A stretch of DNA of 32,000 bases from Candidatus Saccharimonadota bacterium (GTDB lineage: Bacteria; Patescibacteriota; Gracilibacteria; Absconditabacterales; Absconditicoccaceae), in contig CP006913.1 in the NCBI GenBank assembly GCA_000503875.1, forward strand, positions 990,001-1,022,000. The letters run 5' to 3'. Within the stretch, counting starts at the first letter, position 1. Each line of letters begins with the position of its first letter. This document shows, piece by piece, positions 22,098-31,614 of the stretch. The position numbers and the translations under genes are program-made. Below the pieces are notes generated by a model that saw only the letters and a list, made by a program, of their open reading frames with translations, ran no database searches and was not told the DNA's origin.

Positions 22098-22373
22098 ATG
22101 AAAAAGAATCAAGAAAAAATACTTATCTCGCTCAAGAAAGCCAAAAGTTCACTAGAAAAAATTATTTCTATGATTGAAAGCAATCACTATTGTATCAAAG
22201 TAATTCAACAAAATCTGGCTGTAGTAGGGCTTCTCAAGTCAGTTAATCTCCAACTTTTGGAAGACCATCTAGGATGTTGTTTTGTGGATTCTATCAAATC
22301 CAACGACAAAAAAAGACAAAACGAAATGATCCAAGAAATCCTAACTATTGTGAAGACAGCTCAGAATAAATAA
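22098..22373 (+). CDS. csoR: CsoR/RcnR-family copper-sensing repressor
   Basis: A 91-aa helical protein with ...NHYCIKVIQQNLAVVGLL...EDHLGCC..., i.e. the C-H-C ligand pattern (Cys32, His57, Cys61) of Cu(I)-sensing CsoR. Confidence 0.8.
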   Translation: MKKNQEKILISLKKAKSSLEKIISMIESNHYCIKVIQQNLAVVGLLKSVNLQLLEDHLGCCFVDSIKSNDKKRQNEMIQEILTIVKTAQNK

Positions 22374-22391
22374 TTTATTTTCAACATTCCC

Positions 22392-22778
22392 ATGAAAAGA
22401 CTCATCTGAATCCTCAGTGGAATAATCTACCTTTTCTCGGCAAATGCACTTGTACACGCAAGTTTCATGGGTTTTTTCAATAATGAATCAGAACACACTA
22501 CAACACATTGTCACTCAACACAACCAACCGACCAACAAAAAGACAACATAGATTGTTGTGAATTAGTATATTCCAACGAATATTTTACCAACAGAATAGA
22601 TATTCAAAACAACTATAAAGCTTATGTTGCTATAGTAATATCCATTGATGATATCAAAAATATCGAGAAAACAAATCCAGAAAAAATAACAATAATTAAT
22701 AACCCACCCTGATGGAAGACAGACAATAAATATAACAATTTCTCTGATTTAGTCTGAATTGTTGTTAATACAATATAA
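22392..22778 (+). CDS. Secreted Cys/His-motif protein, possible metal-binding
   Basis: Signal peptide MKRLIGILSGIIYLFSANALVHA, then TTTHCHSTQP...NIDCCELVY. Three TGA are read through. Sits inside the cop operon. Confidence 0.5.
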
Positions 22779-22837
22779 AATATATAATTTTCTTAAAGCT
22801 TTGAAGAAAGCCAGAATTTTATATATTTTTTTTACAA

Positions 22838-24136
22838 ATGAAAAAAACAATATACATCAAAGGAATGCATTGCGCGTCTTGCGAAATGATTATCAAAGAT
22901 CGCGTAGAAAATATCAAAGGAGTACAAGTAGAAAATATTTCTGCAAAAAACGGAAAACTTGATCTAGAAATAGTCAATGAAAATCTTTTAAAAAAAATTA
23001 ATGAAGAAATTAAAAAAGCCTGATATACATCGACTACAGAGCCAACACAACCAACAGAACAAAATAAAAAGATATGAACACTTATTATAGCAAGTATAGT
23101 AATTCTTTTACTCGTACTACTAGGGAATAAACTAAATATTGCTCAACATATTCCCTCTTGAGATGGAAAAATATCCTATGGAATAGCACTTCTCACAGGA
23201 CTTATTGCTTCAGTTTCCACGTGTTTAGCCATAGTTGGAAGTATTGTCCTTGGGTTTTGAGCTTATGCTGACAATACGAAATGAACAAAGTGACTTCTCA
23301 AAACCCACTTATCATTCCACGCAGGAAGAATAGGCGGATTTTTTGTTGGTGGGGCGATACTTGGATTGCTAGGGCAGACCTTTTCTCTCTCACTAAATAT
23401 GACAAGCATGGTCACAATAATCGTGGGAATTATCGTTGTACGAATGGGATTGTATATTCTAAAAATCGTACCAAGTATAAGCTCTTTTGGTGTTCATCTG
23501 CCAAAAAAACGAACAGAGAAAATACTTACAACAAAAAATCCTCTCTTTGCGCCAATAGTAGGAGCACTGACTTTTTTTCTTCCTTGTGGATTTACCCTTT
23601 CTATGCAATTAGTAGCAATCACTAGCGGAAACCCTCTCCAAGGATGACTAATAATGGCGATATTTGCTCTAGGAACAATGCCCGTCTTGTTTGCACTTGG
23701 ATTAGGAAGTTCTTATATCAAAGAAAAGAAATTCACGCTCTTACATACAATTATTTGAGCAATAATTATTTTCTTTGGGATTTTTATGATCAATAATGGG
23801 CGAACATTACTTTGAACAGCACCACAAAAACCAGTTCAAGAAGAATTTAGTTCCAACATAGCGTACGAAACCATACACATAGAACACGATGGATATCAAA
23901 CAATTCCAGAAAAAATCCTTCTCCAAGCAGGAAAAAATTATGAACTTATTATCACGCCAAATAGCAATGGAAGAGGTTGCATGGTAAATATGCTTATCCC
24001 AAAACTTGATAGAACAATTCGTCCAATCAAAAAAGACCTGCCTATTGTCTATAGATTTACTAATATCCAAAAAGGACAATACGCTATCGTCTGTGGAACC
24101 ATGGGAATGTATCAAGGACAAATTCTTGTCCAATAA
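22838..24136 (+). CDS. HMA domain - DsbD_2/TauE-like membrane domain - cupredoxin-like domain fusion
   Basis: N-terminus IYIKGMHCASCEMI (MxCxxC). Membrane core with STCLAIVG and FFLPCGFT motifs. C-terminus LLQAGKNYELIITPNSNGRGCMVNMLIP...GQYAIVCGTMGMYQGQILVQ is a cupredoxin-type beta domain. About 9 TGA read as Gly. Confidence 0.7.
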
Positions 24137-24208
24137 TTCCATTTTGTCATTACGACTTTGTCAATTGGAGTCAGAATTCAGATTTTTATTTATTCTTATC
24201 CTATTATC

Positions 24209-27200
24209 ATGACCAAACCCAAAATAATAACCATAGATATCGAAGGAATGCACTGTTCCTCTTGTGCTCTTTTTATAGAAAACACGCTCAAAAAAACAGA
24301 GTGAGTACAAGAAGCCAATGTAAATTTTTCTTCTGCACAAGCAATTATCAAAGCCAATGAAGGCATCGAAAAAACAATTATAGACCTGATCAACAAAGCA
24401 GGATACAAAGGAACGATTGGAGGCGATCAAACAAATGAAACTGAGAAAAGAACAAGAGAAACAAATTATCGAAAAAGAAAATTCTGGGCATCATTTTTCT
24501 TAAGCATACCTATGATTACTTTTATGCTCTATGATCTTCTCCCAACAATACTTCCTGAAAAAGCAATAATTATGCCATGGGCTGCAATTATTTCGCTGAT
24601 ATGTACAACACCAATCTTATTTTTCATAGGCGCTGATTTTTTCAAAGGAGCACGATCAGCACTCAAAATGAAAACATTCAACATGTATAGCCTAATAGCT
24701 ATAGGAACAGGTGTTGCTTATCTTTACAGCGTATATCAACTAGGAACATTTTTTTATCAAACACAATCAATACTCTGACTCAATGGAATGATGGTTCCCA
24801 ATATTTATTTCGAAGTCGCTGGATTGCTTATTATGTTTGTTCTTCTAGGAAAATATTTGGAAGCAAAAGCCAAAGGATCTACCTCTCAGGCTATCGCAAA
24901 ACTCATCGGCCTTGCTCCCAAAACCGCCAAAGTAAAAAGAGGGGATACTTTCATAGATGTAGCAATTGATCAGGTCAAAAAATGAGACATCATTCTGGTG
25001 AAACCAGGAGAAAAGATACCAACAGATGGAATCCTTATCTCAGGACATTCAAGTATTGACGAATCTATGCTTACCGGAGAAAGTATCCCCGTAGAAAAAG
25101 AACGTGGATCAAAAGTTTTTGGAGGAACTATCAATAAGTTAGGAAGCTTTGAAATGGAAACTACCAAAATAGGAAACGAAACGATGCTTGCTCAAATCAT
25201 CAAACTGATCCAAGAAGCACAATGATCCAAAGCGCCTATCCAATGATTTGCAGATAAAATATCAGGAATCTTTGTCCCTGTTGTAATAGGTATTGCTATC
25301 ATTACCTTTTGAATTCGATACTTTGCTTTATGAGCAAGTTTTGAAACTTCTTTATTATATTTTGCAGCAGTAATCGTTATCGCTTGTCCATGTGCATTAG
25401 GTCTTGCTACCCCAACAGCTATTATGGTGGGAACAGGGAAAGGAGCTGAAAAAGGAGTTTTAATTAAAGGAGGAGAACCTCTAGAAAATCTCTGCAAAGT
25501 AAACACGATTGTCTTCGACAAAACAGGAACTATAACCGAAGGAAAACCAGAGGTTACAGATATTATTGCAACCAATGGACACGAAGTAACAAAAATTCTT
25601 GAAATAGCAATTAATCTAGAGTCCAATTCAGAACATCCATTAGCAGAAGCTATTGTCAGACACGGAAAAGAAAAAAACATTTGAAATCACAAAGTTCTGA
25701 ATTTTCAAGCAATTCCTGGAAAAGGAGTAGGCGGAGAAATCAACGGACAAAACTATTTCTTTGGAACCAAAACATTGCTCACAGAAAAAAACATTCCCAT
25801 CATTAATCCAGAAAAAATTAATCAATTAGAAAGCGAAGGAAAAACCGTTATGCTTCTTGCAACGGATGAGAAAATGATAGGAATCATAGCAGTCGCTGAT
25901 ATCTGCAAAACAAGCTCTGCACAAGCTATCAAAAGATTACAAGAAATGGAAATTAATCTCTATATGATTACCTGAGACAATGAAACAACCGCACAAGCAA
26001 TTGCTAGACAAGTTGGTATCAAAAATATTTTTGCTCAAGTACTTCCGGAACACAAAGCCTCCAAAATCAAAGAACTCCAAAAACAAGGCTATATCGTTGC
26101 TATGGTTGGTGATGGAATCAATGACGCTCCTGCTCTCACCCAAGCCGATGTCGGAATCGCAATGGGCTCAGGAACAGATATTGCTATGGAATCAGGAAAC
26201 GTCATTATTATGAAAAACAATCTCAACGATGTTATCACTGCCATCAAACTTAGCAAAGAAACGGTAAGCAAAATCAAACAAAATATGTTCTTTTCATTGT
26301 TATATAATAGTTTAGGAATCCCTATTGCAGGATGAGCATTCGCTGTATTTGGACTAACCCTCAAACCAGAATTCGCAGGATTAGCAATGGCCTTAAGTTC
26401 GGTTTCCGTGGTACTAAATTCCCTCTTATTGAAATTCTTTCATCCAACAAGAAGAAACCGACTATCACTTTTTGCTCCGCTAATTATGACTATTGCATTC
26501 CTCTGACTTTTCCGAAATTTTGCTCAAATAGGAAATGGACAACAACTAGTTTACTCAAAAATATCTTCAGGACAAAAAGCTGAAATCACAGAATATATAA
26601 TCAACACACCAAACAAAATCTGATTTACTCCCGACGGTATTCCTAAGATATTAATAGGAAATAATACGATCATAAATTGACTTTCTATTCTCGAATGATC
26701 CTGAGCTTTCGACTGATCCCAGACACCCCAGATGATCATAGGATTCAAAGAAGCTCAAATGATGAAAGACGAAGGATTGATCAAAGGAGTGTGAGAGAAT
26801 CTCTCTGGATTTTTTGGCCTCCCTACGGTAAAAATTGTGGGAATTCTCACTCCCACAAACACCTTCTTGGACGAAGTTCACATCGTAAACACACCAGGAT
26901 TCAACGGATTATCCATCCAAGATTCCCTCTTTCTCACAAAAAATCCAGAAAATGATATTAAAATATTCTACCTCTACGACGAAAAAAGCATTCCTTTGAA
27001 ATTCAAAAAAGAGATTACTACCCAACCGACAACATATGAAAAAGATGGGACAAAGTATATACCACTATCTATCGGATATGACGAAGCCCAAATGATGATA
27101 GAAGAAAATCTATTTCAAAATGTTTGAGACACTATCACAGACCTCTTTGGCAACGATGTTATCATTACGAGCATAGGCAAAAAAACCTACACCGCACTAG

Positions 27201-27241
27201 ATATGATGCACTTTGTCCCAAAAGATCAGTGGAAAAAATAA
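24209..27241 (+). CDS. copA: Cu(I)-translocating P1B-type ATPase with about 260-aa C-terminal extension
   Basis: Motifs: GMHCSSCA (HMA), GA(CGA)SALKM, TGESIPV, CPC ([11 protein letters not shown]), DKTGTIT, SEHPLA, MITGDN (Gly is TGA 25973), [10 protein letters not shown]. The frame stays open past the usual end (...[11 protein letters not shown]) through one more TM helix and a soluble domain to TAA 27239-27241. Confidence 0.85.
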
Positions 27242-27250
27242 TAATCAATA

Positions 27251-27283
27251 AAAGTTGTCCTCGTGGCAACTTTTTTTATTTTT
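27251..27283. terminator. Terminator hairpin shared by convergent copA and mscL
   Basis: aaagttgtcc-tcgt-ggcaacttt followed by a T-run. Overlaps the mscL stop. Confidence 0.5.
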
Positions 27284-27569
27284 TTATAACCGCAATATTT
27301 GCATATTTCACCAACAAGAAAATCAAAAACGCAGTAATCAAAAAATCTATTAGCGTGGCCAAAACCTTTCCATACAATATCCCCCTAAACGATAAATCTT
27401 CTAATTTTTTTACCTTCAATTTGGTAAGCAAAGGATTTAAAAGTAATGGTGTTACCAAATCATCAATCATCCCCTTCACCAGTTCTCCAACCTTAGTGGC
27501 AATTAATAATCCAACAGCAACTCCAAAGATATTATACTGTTCGATAAATAAAATAAATTCTTGAAGCAT
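27276..27569 (-). CDS. mscL: Large-conductance mechanosensitive channel (short form, no C-terminal bundle)
   Basis: MLQEFILFIEQYNIFGVAVGLLIATKVGELVKGMIDDLVTPLL...YGKVLATLIDFLITAFLIFLLVK aligns with the MscL TM1 / periplasmic loop / TM2 pattern. ATG 27569 was chosen; the track start is a TTG. Confidence 0.75.
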   Translation of the reverse strand: MLQEFILFIEQYNIFGVAVGLLIATKVGELVKGMIDDLVTPLLLNPLLTKLKVKKLEDLSFRGILYGKVLATLIDFLITAFLIFLLVKYANIAVIKK

Positions 27570-27602
27570 AAGTATATAGAACAAAATAAATCAGAATATA
27601 AT

Positions 27603-28073
27603 TTATGGTAAAATTGTATTTATTTCCTCATCTAATTTCTTCTCATTTTTTTCCAAAAGTCTTCTATTAAAATCTTTTTTGAAAAGAATAGTATTTCCTA
27701 GTAATATTTCTTCTAGATTATCTAAAGTCTTTTTGGGTCATCCCTCATGGGTACAAAAAAGAACAATTTTTTTGCTTTTCAAATGCGTATGTTTGAGAAA
27801 AGATCTAATGGCTGGCGTAAAAGTAAATGCCCAAACGGGAGTTCCTATATAGATAATATCATGATTTGTAAGATCAATCTGATAGGGTTCAAGTTCCGGA
27901 GTTTCTTTCATCATAACTTGTTTTCCTCCTCGAAGATATTTCATAAATCACGCTTTAATTTCTTTTTTAGGATGAATTTCTAATAGGTCTGCGCCTATCT
28001 TTTTCGCAATATTTTTTGCAACGTATCTAGTAAAACCTTCCAATGAATAATATACAATAAGCGGTTTTTTCAT
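27603..28073 (-). CDS. Flavodoxin-family protein
   Basis: MKKPLIVYYSLEGFTRYVAKNIAKKIGADLLEI...YL(CGA)GGKQ...DIIYIGTPVWAFTFTPAIRSFL...KKIVLFCTHEGG. Two TGA are read through; TAA at 27603-27605. Confidence 0.7.
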
Positions 28074-28170
28074 TGTAGATAAAAAAATAAAACGCTCTTT
28101 ATCTATTCCTATATATACAAAACTCCTTGAAAATCCATATCTTTTCCCTACACAGTAGCCACGATCACAA

Positions 28171-28255
28171 GGAAGGTTGGCAGAGCGGTCTAACGCGCAC
28201 CGTTGGAAACGGTGTGTACTGCAAGGTACCGGGGGTTCGAATCCCCCATCTTCCG
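28171..28255 (+). tRNA. tRNA-Ser (anticodon GGA), class II with long variable arm, no encoded CCA
   Basis: Acceptor GGAAGGT/ATCTTCC, anticodon stem CACCG/CGGTG with loop TTGGAAA, variable arm GTAC..GTAC, T-arm GGGGG-TTCGAAT-CCCCC, discriminator G. Confidence 0.9.
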
Positions 28256-28281
28256 ATTGAAAATTAGTTGTGAACTAACAT

Positions 28282-28309
28282 ATCACCTACAATTAAGGGT
28301 GATTTTTTT
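28282..28309 (+). terminator. Terminator-like hairpin after the tRNA
   Basis: Stem atcacc/ggtgat, 10-nt loop, T6 run. Overlaps the stop of the convergent RelA/SpoT gene. Confidence 0.45.
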
Positions 28310-29351
28310 ATTTAATAATATTACGTAAAATTCTCACAAATTCTGTTGTATCTCAAAAATAATTAGGATATCATTTTTTAAGTTCATTTAATCCTTCTCA
28401 CGAAACAAGAACAACCTGTCAATCTTTTTCATCAAGAAATAGTTTTTCTTTTTCCAAATATAAATTCGTTGCATCATCCAGTTTTCATTTTTCAAAACCA
28501 GTTACTGTAGCTGTTTTATTTATATTATCCAAAACCAGTAAATAGTGCTCATAATTCTCTTTTCTCTTACTTAATTTAGTATCAATAAACCTAATAGCAT
28601 TACTATATGTCTCCAATTTCTTTATTACATTCAAATCTGTTTCCATTATTTTTAAATGATTTTTTATTTCTTCCTCAGTTAAAGAACTATGTTTATCTAA
28701 AGTTGGCATTCCCTCTTTTATAGCCAAGTATGAACTACTCATTGCAAAAAAGTCCAATCGTTTTTCAGGTCATTCACTAGATTTTAAGGAATGTTCCAAA
28801 ACTATTCACATAGTTTCCACTGCCGTTGCCCATATATGCTGAATATCAGTCCTTAACTGAATTTCTATTTGTAATCAATTATAATGAGTACGATATTTAT
28901 TCTTATATTCATAAATAAGATGCAAAGACCTATATCAAGATTTTTTTGGATTTATAATGTAATTATTTTCCTTAATCAAAGAATGTAAAAATTTACTAGA
29001 AACAATAACATCTCTAAGCTTATTTACATAAGAAATATCTCTTAAAATAACTCTTAATCATCAAATATCCTGCATAGTTGGCAAAGACATCGATTTATAT
29101 CTTTCTAATTTTCTTATTATAGATGGAGTACGTTTTAGTCTCTCCACAACCAACGCAGAAAATCTCAAAGATTTTATCTTTCCTCTAATATTTGACTGAA
29201 AAGTATTCATAGGATAATCATGAGAAGACCTCCAATTATTTAATATAATTAGTGCTTCATTTTTATCTATAGCAGTAGCAGATGAGTCAATAAGAATTTT
29301 TCAAGCTTTAACTACCTGACTCCTAGTATAAATTGGCTTAATATATTCCAT
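28308..29351 (-). CDS. RelA/SpoT-domain (small alarmone synthetase / toxSAS-like) protein with extended C-terminal domain
   Basis: Frame verified from ATG 29351 to TAA 28308-28310 with about 11 TGA. Motifs: RLKRTPSIIRKL, MQDIGGLRVIL, NPKKSGYRSLHLIY, EIQLRTDIQHIWATAVE, LKSSEGPEK(CGA)LDFF. About 150 further residues of unknown fold follow. Confidence 0.75.
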
Positions 29352-29363
29352 ACAAAACAGAGC

Positions 29364-29640
29364 AAAAGATAAAACATTATATTTTCTATCAAAAAACAGT
29401 TATTAAATAGCATTACTCAGGAAAGATAACCTTTTTTCTTTAAATTACAAGAAGAAAAGATAAAATATTATATTTCTTATAGAAACACAGTTAAAACAAC
29501 GTATTATACAGGAAAGATAGTTTTTTTTCTTTAAAATTATAGAGAAAAAGATAAAACACTATATTTTCTAAGAATAAATAGTTTATAACTAGCATTACTA
29601 AGAAAAGATAACCTTTTTTTCCTTTAAAATTATAATTGTT
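29364..29640. repeat. Three imperfect tandem direct repeats, period about 91 bp
   Basis: Units begin with aaaagataaaa at 29364, 29455 and 29546. Shared blocks: aaaagataaaayaytatattt, gcattact / gtattata, ggaaagata, ttttttctttaaa(a)tta. The array ends 12 nt from the RelA/SpoT start codon. Confidence 0.8.
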
Positions 29641-29922
29641 CGCATTACTATCTCTTATTGTAAATCTATTTCCTCTCCCTCCTAAACTTACCATCCTTAC
29701 CACGAACCACACAATAGTCAGACACAGGACTCCACTCTTTTCATTTATACTCCCCGAAATCCAAATATTCTAGATTGAGCAGTTGTCATAAATCATAGTC
29801 GGGGACTGTACTAAAAAAAGTTCGCAACTCCGTTGCTGTGCTCCGAAGCTATTTCATCACACAAATGATGGTTTTTTTTATGAAAAAAATTCTAATAAAA
29901 AATAAAACCTTTTAAAATTAAA
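29641..29922. other. ORF-free, relatively GC-rich spacer with several stable hairpins (candidate structured RNA or leader)
   Basis: No ORF longer than about 15 codons in any frame even with TGA=Gly. Helix 29751-29757/29799-29805 (tccccga/tcgggga). Hairpin gcaac-tcc-gttgc 29824-29836 with an adjacent A7/T7 run. Hairpin 29854-29871 followed by T8 on the plus strand. Confidence 0.3.
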
Positions 29923-30588
29923 TTATCTCAGTATTTCTTTCACCAAAACATCTTGCAACCAACTAACAAATGGTTCTATTTTTTCAAAATTAGTAACAAT
30001 TTTTTTTTCAAAATCTTTAGATAACAATTCTGAATCTTTCAATGATTTTTCTACAATTCGATGTTTCAGTTTAAGTAATTCAATATGTGGACTATCTTTT
30101 TTATATCCTCTTGGTGCAGTTTTTACGGCTTCATCATACAAATAAAACATATCTCATGCAAAGATCTTATCAATAATTTTTTGAAATTTCTTTCCTTCTT
30201 CAGCTATTCAGGCTCTAATAATTTCTGTCACTTTAGACTCTGGCATATACAATCCTCCTGCGATAAAAGAGTTATTTCCTGGCTGAATATGAAGATAAAA
30301 ACATGGGGCACCTTGTCTCTTTCCACTTTGAGAAATTTCTATACCAAAGTTCGTTTTATATGGGGTTTTATCTTTAGAAAATCTCGTATCTCTATTGATA
30401 CGAAAAATACAATTTCCTGGTTTCATATCGTAAGGTAACTCAAAAAAATTGGAAATTTCATCAATCAGTTTCTGTGCTAATGCAAGAACTTGTTTCCTTA
30501 TCACAGCATATTCTTCTTGATGACCATGAAACCATTCACGAGTATTATTGACCTCCAATGCTTCCAAAAAAGCCAAGATTTGTTTCAT
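29923..30588 (-). CDS. DUF2461 (TIGR02453) family protein
   Basis: Two track ORFs in one frame joined through TGA. FLEALEVNNTREWFHGHQEEY...FRINRDTRFSKDKTPYKTNFG...FYLHIQPGNNSFIAGGLYMP matches the family signature. Confidence 0.75.
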
Positions 30589-30757
30589 AACAACATTTTT
30601 AACAATAAATACTGATAATATATAAAGATTTTATGAAAGCTTTCAATTGCTGATAATTTTTACACTTCTCTTACACCTTATCCATATACTACCCACGCAA
30701 TAATATATAAGAATACCAATCGGTATATTATGCGCTTTTATTCTTTATACTATCAAT

Positions 30758-31138
30758 ATGAAAAAATTAGTACTCGCATCTTTAATCGCCGTAGGATGAT
30801 TAGCAGCAGTTTCTACATTTGCTTATCAAGGAACACCTGGTGTTCAAAATCCAAATCCTACAGATCCTGTAAGACATGAAGCAATGCAAAAAGCATTAGA
30901 AACTAACAGTTACACTACTTGGAAAGAACTAATGGCAGGTAAAGGAATTCTCAACAAAATCACTACAGAAGAACAATTTAAATCGTTTATCGCTATGAGA
31001 GATGCTTACGCAAAAGGTGATATAACAACTTACAACAAACTAAAAGCAGAACTTTGACTTGGACAAAAAAACTGATCAGGACAAAAACAATGACTAAGAA
31101 ACGGTCAAAGAAATGGAATGGGAAGAAATAATAAATAA
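30758..31138 (+). CDS. Small secreted protein with Gly/Gln/Asn-rich basic tail
   Basis: Signal peptide MKKLVLASLIAVGGLAAVSTFA, a helical core, and a tail GLGQKNGSGQKQGLRNGQRNGMGRNNK in which several Gly are TGA. Confidence 0.5.
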
Positions 31139-31145
31139 ATGAAAT

Positions 31146-31173
31146 AAGAGGCTATTTAATGCCTCTTTTTTTA
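31146..31173 (+). terminator. Rho-independent terminator
   Basis: Stem aagaggc/gcctctt, 8-nt loop, T-run. Confidence 0.6.
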
Positions 31174-31299
31174 TAATAAATTTTAAATGAGTGTTCTTTT
31201 ATTAGTGATTTTTGTATTCTATAAAATTTAAATTTAAGATTTGTTGACATTTATAAGAAAATAGATAAAAAATAAGTCTTTAATAAATCACGATAAACG

Positions 31300-31569
31300 A
31301 TGATAAATCCAAAAGAATTTAAACAAGTTTTAAGAGAAATTACCAAAAATGACCCTAATTATTCTGAAATAACACAAGAGATTTTAAAAAACTTAGATCA
31401 AAATTATTTAAATGAAACCGAACAACAAAACATCTTAACTTCTCAAATGAAAGATGAAATTTTTAAGATGATATCTATAAAACTACCAGAAAAATTTAAT
31501 TATGATAGACACTCTTTTATGAAACAAATCACAAACGCATTACAAGAAAAATGAATTACTTTATATTAA
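31300..31569 (+). CDS. Hypothetical small helical protein
   Basis: Track ORF extended through TGA 31552 to TAA 31567-31569. No recognisable motif. Confidence 0.45.
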
Positions 31570-31614
31570 AAAAACGGCCCCTTAATAGGAGTCGTTTGTT
31601 AATAATTGATATTT

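Noticed and set aside
25192-25680. Long antisense or out-of-frame track ORFs: 25192..25680 (162 aa), 17276..17782 (168 aa), 18542..18889, 9556..9816, 10705..11004, 26089..26364, 247..618, 11347..11718, 12576..13274, 2229..2543.
   Set aside because: Each lies inside a well-supported gene on the other strand or in another frame. The translations are low-complexity or Cys/Phe/Ile-rich with no motifs, as expected for shadow ORFs in AT-rich DNA.
28171-28255. The long-variable-arm tRNA might be tRNA-Sec, tRNA-Leu or the tRNA responsible for the UGA or CGA recoding.
   Set aside because: The anticodon loop TTGGAAA gives anticodon GGA (Ser), and discriminator G fits tRNA-Ser. It cannot read UGA or CGA.
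29364-29640. Possible CRISPR array.
   Set aside because: The units are contiguous with no spacers, are about 91 bp long and degenerate, and no cas genes are nearby.
29491-29712. A 73-aa minus-strand ORF across the repeat region.
   Set aside because: Its sequence merely translates the tandem repeats (YNFKGKKGYLFL / YNFKEKKLSFL). It starts at a non-ATG codon and has no protein-like features.
29641-29880. RNase P RNA, SRP RNA, tmRNA or 6S RNA in the GC-rich spacer. On the minus strand, gagtggagtcc faintly recalls the P4 GAGGAAAGUCC and ggtaaggatggtaag recalls RNase P.
   Set aside because: The segment is too short for RNase P. It has no SRP GGAA/AGCAG domain IV motif and no tmRNA tRNA-like ends. 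The resemblance is limited to a few nucleotides. Left as an unassigned candidate RNA.
28256-29922. A direct repeat of the tRNA-Ser 3' end (att site) that would delimit an integrated island.
   Set aside because: I could not find a convincing copy of the tRNA 3' segment (ggttcgaatcccccatcttcc) by eye, only a weak ccccgaaatcc resemblance at 29752. There is also no integrase gene.
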